Positions 42,800 to 55,504 of a DNA stretch of 64,000 bases are shown here, piece after piece. A program made the translations under genes and the position numbers. Within the stretch, counting starts at the first letter, position 1; every line of letters begins with the position of its first letter. The stretch spans positions 197,718,001 through 197,782,000 of the forward strand of contig OZ024741.1 of the NCBI GenBank assembly GCA_964016885.1, given 5' to 3'. Origin of the DNA: Eledone cirrhosa. Taxonomy: Eukaryota. The notes below the pieces were generated by a model. It was given only the letters and a program-made list of their open reading frames with translations. It did no database searches and had not been told where the DNA came from.

Positions 42800-45700
42800 C
42801 GTAACTGATGCAACCAGCCGTTGGGATACCACTGAAAACATTTGACTGTGTATCCGTCATGGTATTTCAATGGGTTTAAAAGGCTTCACAATGCCCATAT
42901 TTTCTACAAGCGTCTAATTTTCAAAACGTTTTGCTTTTCAGCAGAAGCAGATACTGGGGTATGGCTGAAAAATGTGAGGGTTAGGTGAGGAGAACCTGTA
43001 AACTTGGTCGTCCCTATGGGAGCCGTTGCTGGACATCTCTAACCCAAAACCCCTTCATACACAAACTGATCGCAAAATGAACAAAACAAGAAAAATACAA
43101 ATCTCATGGTCTACCTTTGAGAAGTTCACATTTTATTTATATTGAAACCGTTATCACACTGCACTCAGAGGATTCATCACTGCATGTCGCAGTGTGCCGT
43201 ATGAGCCTCGTCTAGGCTGAGATTTAGTATAACTGAGAATATGGAACTGTGGGCTGCGGTTAATGACCAGTGTGCTCGATCAAGGCTAACCTAGGTCTAC
43301 GTAGCAACAATAGTTTTACAGGCATAATTTCTTTGGAAGCAACGGTTTAGAATGTAGTCCGTAATATAAAAACCAATAATATTATTTCTGCAGATCAAAC
43401 AAGCAAACAAACAAAAAAACATTCGTAGTCGCAAAAGCTTCCTGGTTTCTGACAAAGGAGCGAATTTAATATTTTTATTACCATCGACGCTATGATTTTT
43501 GCCTTTATCTCTTTACTATTCTCTTTCTCAATGACGTCTCTATAGAGAGAAAATGGAAAAGAAAAGCAGAATAGTGTCTAACAACAATCATGCTTTGTTT
43601 CTTTATTCCCTTTCATATCTTGTCTGTGTTTGGGTTTTCACTGATGAAATACAATTGTAAATATCCTGGTTCTTCTTCTGAAATTGACTGAAGTGGTCTG
43701 ACTCTGTGGTACACTTACCCTTGGATATTGAAAGTTGGTACAAAGCCACCTTCATGGATGACATGTGCACCAAATGATGTCATGTGGAATGCATTATTGT
43801 ATTTCTGGATATCTATAACAAAGTGTATTGTTTTAGTAGTTCTACCAATCAGCAGTCCTCTGAAGGGTTTTGGTGGTTCAAGTAACAGTTTAAACTTAAT
43901 CTTTCCATTTAAACAACAGAATCCAGTTGACATGCCATTCTATATTTTAGCACCACAAATTGGACAAATTTTGTTCATTGAAGAAATTCGAATTAAAGAT
44001 TCTGAGGCATACTCTTGATGTGGATTGTAACTGTTCACATAGCTTTTGGGTTGTTTGAGCTTCAGTCTCTTCTACCATCTTTGAGCTGCTCTATTTCTCT
44101 CCATTTGCTGTCTTCATTTTCATACATCTGATTCCTCCTGGTGAATAGTTGTTTCCATTGTCCTATCTTCAGCAAGCTATTTTTTTTATCTTTGTTCCTC
44201 TGATTCAACCTAAACTTATTCTTTGTTGTTGAAGCCATGATGATCTTTGTGCATCTGATTCATCTTGTCTGTTTTGTGCTGTAGTTTCGTACACCTATTA
44301 CCTCTTGACAAATAGTTGCTTTCCTTTTCCTATCATTAGCAAACCTTTTTTATCTTTGTTCTTCTGACATTTTGCCTATATTTCATTGTTGATTTTCTTT
44401 GTTTTGGGAGTCTTTCTTGTCGCTGCTGTTCGCTTTCATTCTCCCTTTGTAGCTGTTTTGCCATAGCATTGAGACTTTCTTCCAAATGAAGGTCTATTCT
44501 TTCGTGGTATTTTTTACTTGCAACTTCCAATATCTCTATTATTTATCAAACAATTTAACATTTTTCTGTTAATGATGAATCTAAGTCGCATCAAATTTCG
44601 TTGAATAGGGGTTCGCTGCATTAACTTTCAGTGATTATTTGGAAACAACACCCAAAAACTAACGGAAATAAATATGCAAAAAATATTATAGGCTTCGCAA
44701 GTGTTATTTTTCGAAGTGTTTCTATAAATCAAATAAAGAACCCAAAATATACGAGGATGTGGCATATATACACATACACACACGGGAAATTCATGAAGAA
44801 GATAGTGGTAAGAAGCTCTCAGAGCTGGACACTAAAAGGTCTTCAGAGAAGACCACCACGCCCCCAAGCAACTGGTACTTAACTTCTTACACCCTACGGT
44901 GGTCGGGTCGCATCCGGGTCATCGCTTATAGGTTCCCTTTTTCTGTCATTTAGCCATTTGGATATTGGAGACTTGTCCATTTAAAACGTATTAAGATTTT
45001 GTTGGCAGGATCTAGCTAGACCTTCGCTTCGTTGCCTCTACTTTCAAAGTCATATCTAGAAGCTTTCTTCAGTTTGAAAAAATAACGTTGGTGGTCATGG
45101 TACCGAGGAGACATTAGCAGTGCCACATCCGTCGCCTACAACAACCACGACTTACTCAGAGTTAGCGTGCGATAAAATACAAGCACAATGCTCTGAAACG
45201 GTATGGAGTTCGTTTTTGTTCACAGGCTAAATATGAAGTAGATATGACATATATACACATGCGGAAGAGATATAAAGAATGTATGACAAAATGTGCAGCA
45301 GCTTATAGAGGGGTGGGCCGATTTTGATATTAAAGCAGGCGTGTGCTGTTACTTTCTTTTGATTGAATGCATGACACTCTCTTGTTTTATTCGTACCTCC
45401 TTTCATGCAGGAGAGAGAGAGGGACATGCAATACTGAAGCAACCTTTGGCTTGTTGCTTTTGTGTCACTTACTATTCTGAACGTGTGTCATTCACTATTT
45501 TCGCTTTCTTTATCTCTTGTTTCTTTCTCTCCTCGTTCATATATTGTTAACTTCCATCATTCTCTTTCCGCGCTCTATTTAATTTCACAAGTGTGAACTT
45601 TCTTTCAAATTCTCACTTCTTCATCTCTATTTTACGTCACATTCCGTCTTAGTGAAGACGATAATTGACGATGACCACTGTTACCACATATTGATAAACA

Positions 45701-45859
45701 GACAAACATATAAACAAAGGAATATAGATCTAAGTGTTGGGAAAACCTCTTCGTGAGTCTAAGGAACTTAACTGACAAGTTTCAACATGATTGGTCCACT
45801 GGTTTTTAAGTGCATAGGAGACAAACTGACAAGCAAACAAACTATTTGATACATAAAGA
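42800..45859 (-). mobile_element. Internally deleted Helitron
   Basis: Minus-strand 5' end a|tctttatgtatc...gtttgtttg...ggaccaatcatgttgaaactt and an N-terminal RepHel remnant inside. The 3' end near 42800 is tentative. Confidence 0.7.
43640..44530 (-). pseudogene. Helitron RepHel N-terminal remnant
   Basis: ESEQQRQERL-type charged repeats, CPICGAK...FCCLNGKIK, IQKYNNAFHMTSFGA, PTFNIQG, then YHRV and PGYLQLYF after frameshifts. Confidence 0.85.
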
Positions 45860-46477
45860 TAGGCAGCAAATTGTCAGTGCCGTTAGAATATAAGAGAATA
45901 GATAGAATGCTTTGCGGTATTTGTGTCTGTTCTCTGCACTCTGAGTTCAAATCCCACCGAGGTCGACTTTACTTTTCATCCTTTTGAGGTCGATAAAAAA
46001 AAGTACAAGTCCAAAACTGGGATCGATTCTTCCGCTGTATCTCTTTCTTATTTTCTATCTCTCACTCGCTTTCTCTGGAAGAAATTGTCTGTGTCAAAAC
46101 CTAGATAGTGATGGGCTCTGTCAGGTTTAAATGCTCAAAACATGTCATACATCCATACGATTCAATCAGGTGTTAAGAGCAGAAGAGTATTAAAAATAGC
46201 AACAGTAATGAATAGATAAACTTCCAAATCTGACTCCAAAACAGTTCACTTCACACAGTGTACTGAACCAACGAGTTATTACAGAGTAAAAGGAAAATAT
46301 AGTATTATTGAATAAAATTAGACTAATTGAGATTAAAACGAAAGTCATAGAGGCGTAATTGTTGGAAACGTGTAACTACATGTTTATTCGGAAGGGTAAT
46401 CAGATAGCTAGTGAAAGATGACCCAATTTCTCACTGAAGCTGAACCCGTTTACTACACTAATGAATAAAAACAATAC

Positions 46478-46735
46478 TATTTCAACATTTTAAGATTTAT
46501 GTCAAAATAATTATGAAATCTCTATTACTATTGTTATTGTAGTTGATATTATTTATGATATTATTTCAACATTTTAAAATTTATTTCAAAATAATTAAGA
46601 AATCTGTATCACTATTGCTATTGCGGTTGGTATTGTTGATTATCGTATTATATCACCATTTTAACATTTATTTAAAAATAATTAAGAAATCTGTATTACC
46701 ATTATTGATATTCCTGTTGATATTGTTGTTTATTT
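46478..46735. repeat. Three imperfect tandem units of about 85-90 bp
   Basis: tttcaacattttaa.atttat.tcaaaataatta.gaaatct.tat recurs at about 46480, 46564 and 46654. Confidence 0.85.
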
Positions 46736-46853
46736 AATTGATTTCATTTTTTATGTTGCAGGTAAGAATTTTTTCCTTGTTCAAAATACAACCAACAAGG
46801 TGAGTTGATCGCCGTAGTTTGGGAAAGGTAAGTACATACCTGAATAGGTAAGA
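46735..46853 (+). promoter_or_regulatory. Candidate recursive splice site / micro-exon with clustered 5' splice donors
   Basis: T-rich tract atttcattttttatgttgCAG|GTAAGA (46761/46762), then AAG|GTGAGT (46800), AAG|GTAAGT (46828) and TAG|GTAAGA (46848). No other AG in the ~70 nt upstream. Confidence 0.62.
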
Positions 46854-47387
46854 GGATAGTAAATATGTTTTTTAATTAAGGTACGACTCAAATAATGTTG
46901 AAGGGAGAAGAAAGTCGATTATCTAAAAGTCCATCTTTTGCTTTATTACTTAAGATAAAGAAAATATTGCTGTATTTCTGGCCAGTAACAAATATGGCCG
47001 CTGGAACTGTTTTTATCTCTTATACTCTTATTATTGTTATCATTCTTGCTGTTGCTCTTGTTCTTGTTGTCGCTATAATACTATAGGAATATGATATTAT
47101 TATTATCTATAATTGTTTCTTCTTTTGGCACAAGACCAGCAATTTGAAGGGAAAGAAAACGTCGATTAAATGGACCCCCAATGCGTTACAGGAACTTTAT
47201 TTTATCGAACCCGTAAGGATGAAAGGGAGTGAACCTCGACGGAATTTGAACTCAGAACATAGAAAGTCATTAATAAATACCGCAAAGTATTTTGTTTTAC
47301 ACACTAACGAATCTGTCAATCCATTGCCTTTATTTTATATACATAATATTATGTAACGAAATATGTTATTATCGTAATGTTATTGAA

Positions 47388-47414
47388 GCAGCAGCAACAG
47401 CAGCAGCAGTAGTA

Positions 47415-47472
<58 letters not shown>

Positions 47473-47545
47473 AAGCAGTGGTAGTAGTAGTAGAAGCAGT
47501 GGTAGTAGTAGTAGTAGTAGTAGAAGCAGTAGTAGTAGAAGCAGC

Positions 47546-47595
<50 letters not shown>

Positions 47596-47599
47596 AAGC

Positions 47600-47657
<58 letters not shown>

Positions 47658-47712
47658 CTGATGGTTGTGGTTGTGGTAATTGTAGTAGTAGTAGTAGTAG
47701 TAGTTGCAGCAA
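47388..47712. repeat. (TAG)n/(CAG)n compound microsatellite
   Basis: Directly visible. Confidence 0.97.
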
Positions 47713-47899
47713 CAGCTATCTTTTCAGTGCTTGTGCTGTTATACTAGCTGTCAGAGCCGATGCAGTTGTTGCTGTAAGTTATGGATGTCATTGCTACCGT
47801 TTTTAAGTTTGCTGTTGCTAGTGTTGTTGTCAATCATGATAATGATGATGATGATGATGATGACGGTCGTGATGTTATTGCTATTGATGTAGCTGCTGT

Positions 47900-48590
47900 T
47901 TACATTCTATGTTCAAATCCGGCCGAGGTCAACTTCGTCTTTCATCCTCCCGAAGTCGATAAAATAAAATACCAGTTATGACTTAGGTCGATTTAATTCA
48001 CTTTCTCCTTTCCCAAATTGCTGGCATTGTGCCTAAAAAAAGGACGGTGGATTGGCAGTATCGGTAGAGCGTTGGACATCATAGTTGGCAACATGGAGTT
48101 ACGGCCCTTTAGGGTTGAGTTAAAATCCCACTGAGGTTAGCTTAGCCTTTCATCCTTACAGGGTCGATAAAATAATATCTGGGGTAATTGCTGGCCTTGT
48201 GCATAAGTAGAAACCATTATCAAGGGCGGTGGATTGGCAGAATCGTCAGAGCGTTGAACTCAGAGCATAAAGGGACGTAACTCTTTGCTGCAAAGCATGG
48301 CGTCCGACCCTCTACCAATACTGCCAATCCACCTTAGTTTTAATAATTGTTTCTACTTTTGGAACCAGGCCAGCAATTATCACAGTACATTACTGGTACT
48401 TTATTTTATCGACCCCGTAAGGATGAAAGGCAAAGTTAACCTCGGTGGGATTTGAACTCAGATCATAAAGGACCGTAACTCTATGCTGCAAAGCATGGCG
48501 TCCGACCCTCTACCGATACTGCCAATCCACCTTAGTTTTAATAATTGTTTCTACTTTAGGCACAAGGCCAGCAAATACCCAGTTCATTAC
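47900..48590. mobile_element. Cluster of about six SINE copies or fragments in both orientations
   Basis: Plus-strand copies at 47900-48255 and minus-strand copies at 48255-48590, with the repeated junction cttagttttaataattg. Confidence 0.85.
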
Positions 48591-48726
48591 TAATAATAAA
48601 CCGTTATAAGACCTTCCTACGACTGATTCAGTACACCACCAACCACATCACAGCTTCCTTTATACTTCCAAATGATGAGTTAAGTTGAAATGTCACTCAG
48701 AGATCAACGAAACCTTTTCTAAACTG

Positions 48727-48773
48727 GCGGCGGCGGCGGTGGTGGTGGTGTTGGTGGTGGTGGTGTAGGCATT

Positions 48774-48839
<66 letters not shown>

Positions 48840-48940
48840 GGTGGTGGTGGTAGTGGTGGTGGTAGTGGGGATGGTAGTGGGGATGGTAGTGGTGGTGGTG
48901 GTGCTGGTGGTGGTAGTGGTAGTGGTGATTGTGGTGGTGA
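48727..48940. repeat. (GGT)n/(GTT)n compound microsatellite
   Basis: Directly visible. Confidence 0.95.
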
Positions 48941-49094
48941 CTAGTGAGGAATTCAGTTGCGTCAATAGAGATTTCGGTAGCATCAGAGCAGGTTGATATG
49001 AGGGAACGGGCGGGGAGCGATCGAACTCCTATCTAGCTCAGTGACGTCATAAATAAACAATATACAAATAATAATAATAATCATGATAACAATA

Positions 49095-49826
49095 ATGATT
49101 TCATTTATTGGCCACAAGGGCCGACATATAGGGGACAATACAAAAGACTGGGACAGTGGGGTTTTACAGAAAAATCGAGTAAACAATATGAATCACAATA
49201 ACAAAGTAACAATAAAATTACAACAAGAAAAAATTCCCCAATAGGGGGGGATGACCACCCAGGGTTCGCTCAGGTACCCCACCAATCCTGAACGACCCGA
49301 CGCTTCGAGAGCACCCTGGAAGGGCACCCCTTCTCCTCCTCAAATTTACCTACCTACAGCCGCATGACCAGAGTAGGCCCACTCACACGGGCCATTCTCG
49401 CCACATTCACCCACCTTTCAGCAAATGTACTAGGGTGCAGCACTTCTCTCTCCACCCTCACCTTCCTTTCCAAGTGAAACTTGAAAAAGTTGATGAGGGA
49501 TTGGCCGAAGAGAAAAGCGTCTGTCTTCAGTCCTTTCAACCTCGTCCACCATACAACCTCTTTCGCTACTGCCACCAGACAGAGGAAAATTGCCTGCCCT
49601 TCCTGGCAAAAAGAAGGCGGCGGGTCGATCTTCACTATGGGCTCGGCCGACAGCGGTTTCGTCGTTCTGCGCGCATCTCGGGCAGGTCCGTCTGACAGCA
49701 CTTCCGTGCAGGGCAAAGTCTAAGGGCTTATATCCCTTACACAACAAGAAATATTTAACAACAAATAATTTTAACAGGCAAATCAAGCGACTTACTGGGA
49801 GCGAGCAAAATACGTCCGATTAGACC

Positions 49827-49828
<2 letters not shown>
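49095..49828 (-). mobile_element. L1/Tx1-like LINE 3' fragment in (TAA)n
   Basis: CPRC..NDET..H motif followed by FLCLVAVAKEVVWWTR...FAERW, a typical L1/Tx1 ORF2 C-terminus. The 3' UTR ends in aataaa. Confidence 0.75.
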
Positions 49829-49865
<37 letters not shown>

Positions 49866-49872
49866 CATTATG

Positions 49873-50110
49873 TCATGAAGTCAAAGTGATCCGATTGTCA
49901 TAGGCGCACTGGGGACTATCTCCAAAAGTTTCCAAGGATGGTTAAAGAAAATCGGCCCCTTCACGCTTTTTGGAACGCTTCAAAAGGCATGCTTGCTGGG
50001 AACAGCAAGAACCCTCCGATACGTCCTGAATATCTGAGGCTGCAGGTAGTGGCTTGATATTCATTCCAACGGACTTTCCAGTTAACTAACATCAATGACT
50101 GAGATTCAAG

Positions 50111-50112
<2 letters not shown>
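49873..50112 (+). mobile_element. R4/Dong-like LINE 3' end in (TAA)n
   Basis: Near-identical to the reverse complement of 61460-61697. (TAA)n on both sides. Confidence 0.88.
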
Positions 50113-50187
<75 letters not shown>

Positions 50188-51024
50188 GTTTCTGATTTAA
50201 GAACAAGGCCAGCAATTTCTTTTGGCGGGGACAGTCGATTAAATCGACACCAGCGCATTACTGGTGCTTTATTTTATCGACCTCATAAGGTTGAAAGGCA
50301 AAGCTAACCTCGACAGGATTTAATGATAAACAAATTATTGGTTTCTATTTATTAAGCACAAAAGCCTTGAAGTCTTGATTTCTTAGGGTAAAGAGTGATA
50401 TGAGGTTGCGAAATGCATATATTTCTCTAAATCATACGACTTTGGGGTGACTTTATTTCTCACACTTCTCTACAATAATTATCTGCGTGTGTGTACATCT
50501 GTCTGAGTGTATGTGTGTGCGTCTATATGTGTATATACTGAATGGGTGGTGTGTATGTGTGTATAAACTATCCCTCCTCATTTGTTTTAGCAGTGTATTG
50601 TATTTTATTATCCAAGATAGTATTGCAATGTTTACGCTATTGTTGTTCTTAAGGATCATACAGTAATCAGCATTAGCGTTCACTTTGCCTGTTGTCTCCG
50701 TAATTGTCATCATTGTTGTCTTTGTTACAGTAACACTTGCAATAGCAACAGCAGAAGCTGCTGTTGTTGTTATACACATTCACGCTGTTGTTCTAACTAC
50801 AATATTTATTTTTCATCCTGCAGAAAATTTCGTTCTTTACACCTAATTAACCGACTTAATACTCTTGATGAACTCTACGTGCTAATCAATTAGCGAGTAG
50901 AATCGAACGTGCATATGCATATATACACATGTAACTGAGATAGCACCAATGTGTGTATGAATATTCATAACGTATAGACATGTATACATGCCAGAAATAG
51001 GAATTTCCCCGTAATTGAAAAATG

Positions 51025-51382
51025 ATAAACACTTCTAATCGATTTTCAGACCTAGAGGGGGCTTCATCAGATGGTGTTTATAAATATCTAAACAACCACA
51101 AGGAAACACGTATTTGATGAGCTTATATACCGATTAGAGTATAGAAGTATTCTGAAATGAACGCACTAATTTTCATATAATTAGCGCTTGTGTTGGTAGT
51201 TAATTGAGATATATATTAAGAAATGTGCCAAGCAGCCAAAGTGTACAATTAAGTTATATACAGCACTAATGTGTATATAGATATACACATTGTTAATACA
51301 TAGATATGTAAAAGTGGTAGTAATTGAAAAGAAATGATATACACCTTTAATCGATTTTTGTATCTAGTTGGGTCCTCATCAG
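51025..51382 (-). ncRNA. Two tandem hammerhead motifs 312 bp apart (UCGA loop III)
   Basis: 51025-51081: CTGATGA agccc..ggtct GAAAA tcga TTA. 51337-51382: CTGATGA ggaccc.. AAAAA tcga TTA (degenerate). Confidence 0.65.
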
Positions 51383-51430
<48 letters not shown>

Positions 51431-51702
51431 TTATTAAATATTTGCTCTGGGGCATATATTTGATATATATTTATCCTTATCGAGCCCTCTTTGGATTTTA
51501 GTCTTCAAATTTATTATTATTACTATATATATATATATATATGTATAAAACAAAGAGGGTGTGGTAAGATATCTGGTGGATCATCGCTAATTGATACATG
51601 GATAGCACTTTACTCCAGTAAACGCGAGGGCTGGAAGACCCTTTCAAGAACTCATGTCTGGTGGACTGTTTTTCCTGTCGGCAACATATCACAAAATCGA
51701 AT

Positions 51703-51792
51703 TTCAACTGAGGATACCGTTCTCATAACAACAACAAATGCATGAATTACATCTTGATTGCATGGGAGAACCGTTGAAATAATTATAATGAA
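51703..51792 (+). ncRNA. Hammerhead ribozyme with long stem II domain (family of 39546-39633)
   Basis: ttcaa CTGAGGA taccgttctc...gagaaccgtt GAAAT aatt ATA atgaataaa. Confidence 0.72.
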
Positions 51793-51986
51793 TAAACGAT
51801 TCATGCAACATCACCATCTTTATTAATGTTATTATTATACTGAATCTCCATTGTAACTACAAACTACGAATGTTGAGAGCTTTCTCCTGCTTGCTCCTGT
51901 TTTAACCAAAACAATCTCTTCGAAACACATATATATATGGCGTTCGTGTTTGTTGGCACTCAAGTAAGAAGTGCGCTAAGCAGCCG

Positions 51987-52059
<73 letters not shown>

Positions 52060-52105
52060 GTCAAATATGTAAAATTTGGCTTCGTTTATTATAAATTATA
52101 GATAT

Positions 52106-52160
52106 ACTGCTATATATATTTCGGTGACAGCCATCAATGGCTGTGACCTCTTCAGGCAGT
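52106..52160 (-). ncRNA. Type I hammerhead ribozyme
   Basis: Minus strand: actgc CTGAAGA [ggt c acagcca ttga tggctgt c acc] GAAAT atat ATA gcagt, with aataaa about 15 nt downstream. Confidence 0.88.
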
Positions 52161-52444
52161 CCTAATTGGTGTGGGAGAGTCAGGTACACACGTTGTTGTG
52201 TTTTACTCCGTCTAATCTGATTAGAGCAAAAATCACGAGCACTCTGTCTCAAAATTATTTTTGAAGATCATAAGAAATGCGCAACCGGTAAAAACTTAAA
52301 ACTAAAACTGAATACTAACTAATACTTATTACTAATTTATACTTATTCCTAATTAAACTATTTTTCACTGGCAAAAAATTGTCAGCCTTTTCTTTTCCTT
52401 TTTACTAATATATCACAACTCGTGTGTCACACCTCTATTTTTTA

Positions 52445-52589
<145 letters not shown>

Positions 52590-52701
52590 AATTCCGTCGG
52601 ACAAGTCCAGGAAAAAAGAGTGCTCTATGTAGGTAACAGAGCTTTATTGGAGTAAAAATACGATATTAACAAATGGAAACTATATTTATAAAACCATATT
52701 T

Positions 52702-52764
52702 ATTTCATTATACATATTTCAAGGACACCAAGTTAAATTATGGTGTGCTTTCATCAGATAAAAT
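52702..52764 (-). ncRNA. Type I hammerhead ribozyme in cassette 52585-52805
   Basis: Minus strand: attttat CTGATGA [aagcacacca...tggtgtcctt] GAAAT atgt ATA atgaaat. Confidence 0.82.
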
Positions 52765-52981
52765 ATAATATAGAGCAATTTTATAAATAAATATTGACAC
52801 ACCCTTAAAGAATGCGACCATTTCTGTTGGAAGCTCCCATATCTATCTATATATATATATATATATATATACATAGAGAGAGAGGGAGATTATTTTCAAA
52901 TTTCATTCAAAAATGCATTGTAATGCAGGATTCAAGAAGAGAGTTCAAAAACTAATGCTGAGAACGTTATATTATGTTGAT

Positions 52982-53175
52982 AAAGGGCGGAGGATTGGAG
53001 GTATCGGTAGAGGGTCGGACGCCATGCTTTGACGCATAGAGTTACGGCCCTTTCCATTCTGAGTTCAAATCCCACCGAGGTTAACTTTGCCTTTCCTCCT
53101 TACGTGTTCGATAAAATAAAGTACCAGTAATACACTAGGCATTTACTGGCCTTGTGCCAAAAGTAGAAATAATTA
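52982..53175 (+). mobile_element. Full-length tRNA-derived SINE (short subfamily)
   Basis: A-box-like tggaggtatcgg, B-box gagttcaaatccc, conserved centre and 3' end. Confidence 0.9.
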
Positions 53176-53218
53176 TGTTGATAGAGGAAATCACTAACAC
53201 TTCAAGAGGAACATAACG

Positions 53219-53249
<31 letters not shown>

Positions 53250-53769
53250 TGTATGTATGTATGTATGTATGTATGTATGTATGTATGTATGTATGTATGT
53301 ATGTATGTGTGTATGTCTCTGTCTGTGTGCCTGTGCGTGTGTCAGTACTTGATAATAAGTACTGACACAAACTTCACTACCCAGAATTAAATAAGAGTCG
53401 ACTCTAAAATTTCCGTATGAAGAGAGTAAAATCAGGAAATATCAAAATTCTATAAAACTCCATAGAAATTCAGATAATCGGATATTCTGTATATAAATGC
53501 TCAATAAATACAGCCTAAACTGACTTACGAGCTCTCAATATACTTATCAATTGTTAAAATACATCAAGAGATGAATTATTGATATAATAAAGACATATAT
53601 ATGTGTGTGTGTGTAGGATTTAAAAGACTTCGACCGGTGGTGGTATAAAGATAGACATCGTCTGGCTCATTATTAACTGCAACCTATTAAAGTTAAAAAA
53701 GTTACACACACACACAACTTATATATATAGGGTACGTCAAAATTATTTATAAAACTGTTTATATATTGT

Positions 53770-53828
53770 ATTTTGTCTGATGAAGGCATACCATGTTTTA
53801 ATTTGGTATCCCTGAAATATAATGAAAT
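53770..53828 (+). ncRNA. Hammerhead motif in cassette 53728-53950 (inverted relative of 52585-52805)
   Basis: attttgt CTGATGA [aggcatacca...tggtatccct] GAAAT ATA atgaaat. Loop III is absent. Confidence 0.72.
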
Positions 53829-53954
53829 AAATATGGTTTTATAAATATAGCTTCCATTTATTTAATATCGTATATCTACTCCAAAAACTTGTCGAGTGCT
53901 TTATATCAGTTATAAAATATTTACTTGTATCCCAACAATTTTAAATAAAACTTT

Positions 53955-53998
<44 letters not shown>

Positions 53999-53999
<1 letters not shown>

Positions 54000-54178
54000 C
54001 TGTTTCTACTTTTGGCACAAGGCCAGCAATTATCCCAGTGCCTTGCTGGTACTTTATTTTATCGACCCCGTAAGGATGAAATGCAAAGGTTAACCTCAGC
54101 GGAATTTGAACTCAGACCGTAAAGGGACATAACTCTATGCTGGAAAGCATGGCTCTCCGACCCTCTACCGATACTGCC
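53999..54178 (-). mobile_element. Young tRNA-derived SINE
   Basis: Matches 40705-40893. Confidence 0.9.
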
Positions 54179-54228
54179 TATATATAACATTGATTGAACA
54201 AATTTGAAGCGATGAGTGTATATATATA

Positions 54229-54406
54229 TGAAACATTCGTAAAATTGGAGTATTCTCAGCGCGAAAGGTAACCGTTCCAGCTGGATCCTATTTGCAGAGT
54301 AAAATTATTTGGTTTAAGATATAACCACAAATACTATGGAGATAGTGTACAGCTGGTAACAGCTACCTTTCGCGCTGAGAATACTACAATTTTACGAATA
54401 TATTCA
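54229..54406. mobile_element. Fold-back/MITE-like element with about 55-bp inverted arms in (TA)n
   Basis: attcgtaaaattggagtattctcagcgcgaaaggta / tacctttcgcgctgagaatactacaattttacgaat. Confidence 0.7.
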
Positions 54407-54631
54407 TATATATATATAGGGTGGGGGGTTGTGGAGGGGGAGCGTCCCAAACAGACAAAACTTTAGCAACAATCGAACACCAAGCAAAGACTAAAATAAA
54501 TTATTCTGGGAGAGGGGAAAATTAGTGGACAGATGCGGCCACATGGAATCGTACCCCGTATCTCTAGAATATCGTGAAAGTGCATTACCATTACGCTAAC
54601 TCTTTCACCCTTTAGAATGCATGATGTTAGA

Positions 54632-54673
<42 letters not shown>

Positions 54674-54686
54674 TAATATATATATA

Positions 54687-54793
<107 letters not shown>

Positions 54794-54922
54794 AAGAACG
54801 AGGAAGTTTCGCTTATATATGAAAAATATTTATTGTGTATGGACCTGTTACGTGCGTTTCGCAGAGGATTGGCTCAAGGCGACCCATAGGAGTTATGGAT
54901 CCGACTTTGTCACATCACCAGT

Positions 54923-54981
<59 letters not shown>

Positions 54982-55148
54982 AATATGTTGAAAAGGTAAC
55001 ACACCAGAGATATATATATAGTGCGTTATCAATAATACAGGGAAAAACCCACCAGTGTATGGAATCTATAACCTATGAAAGGCAGACTATAGACACAATA
55101 ATTAAAAATATAAATTAAAGCGTAAATAAATACCTCTATAACTATATA

Positions 55149-55228
55149 ACACACGTACAAATCCAGAGATATGTTTCACCAAAAATTTGTTGAAAGAAAT
55201 GGGTTAGTCTCGGTTCATCAGCGTGTGT
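55149..55228 (-). ncRNA. Type I hammerhead ribozyme with extended stems I, II and III
   Basis: Minus strand: acacacg CTGATGA [accgaga...ttttggt] GAAAC atatctctggattt GTA cgtgtgt. Perfect 7-bp stem I. Confidence 0.85.
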
Positions 55229-55366
55229 AAGGCTATACATTTCAGACAACACTAAGAGAATTTTAAAATTGACTGTCCAGCTACACGTGGGAGAGAGAAG
55301 TCACAGCGTGTTTAAGGGCAGTGAACCAGTGGCCTCTGAGGGACTATGCCTCCGTTAATTTATCGT

Positions 55367-55401
<35 letters not shown>

Positions 55402-55504
55402 CGACTTTCGTCAAATCGGACCGAGGAAACAATGTTTTCGTCGGTCTTTCCAGTTGCTAGTACTATCTATCGGTCGCAACTCCAGGTAGAAGATATATAT
55501 ATGT

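Noticed and set aside
47292-48996. Poly-V/L/T/N ORFs
   Set aside because: Translations of (TAG)n, (GGT)n and (GTT)n microsatellites.
52982-53075. tRNA genes (A/B boxes here and at about 23305-23340)
   Set aside because: These are SINE heads and give no complete cloverleaf.
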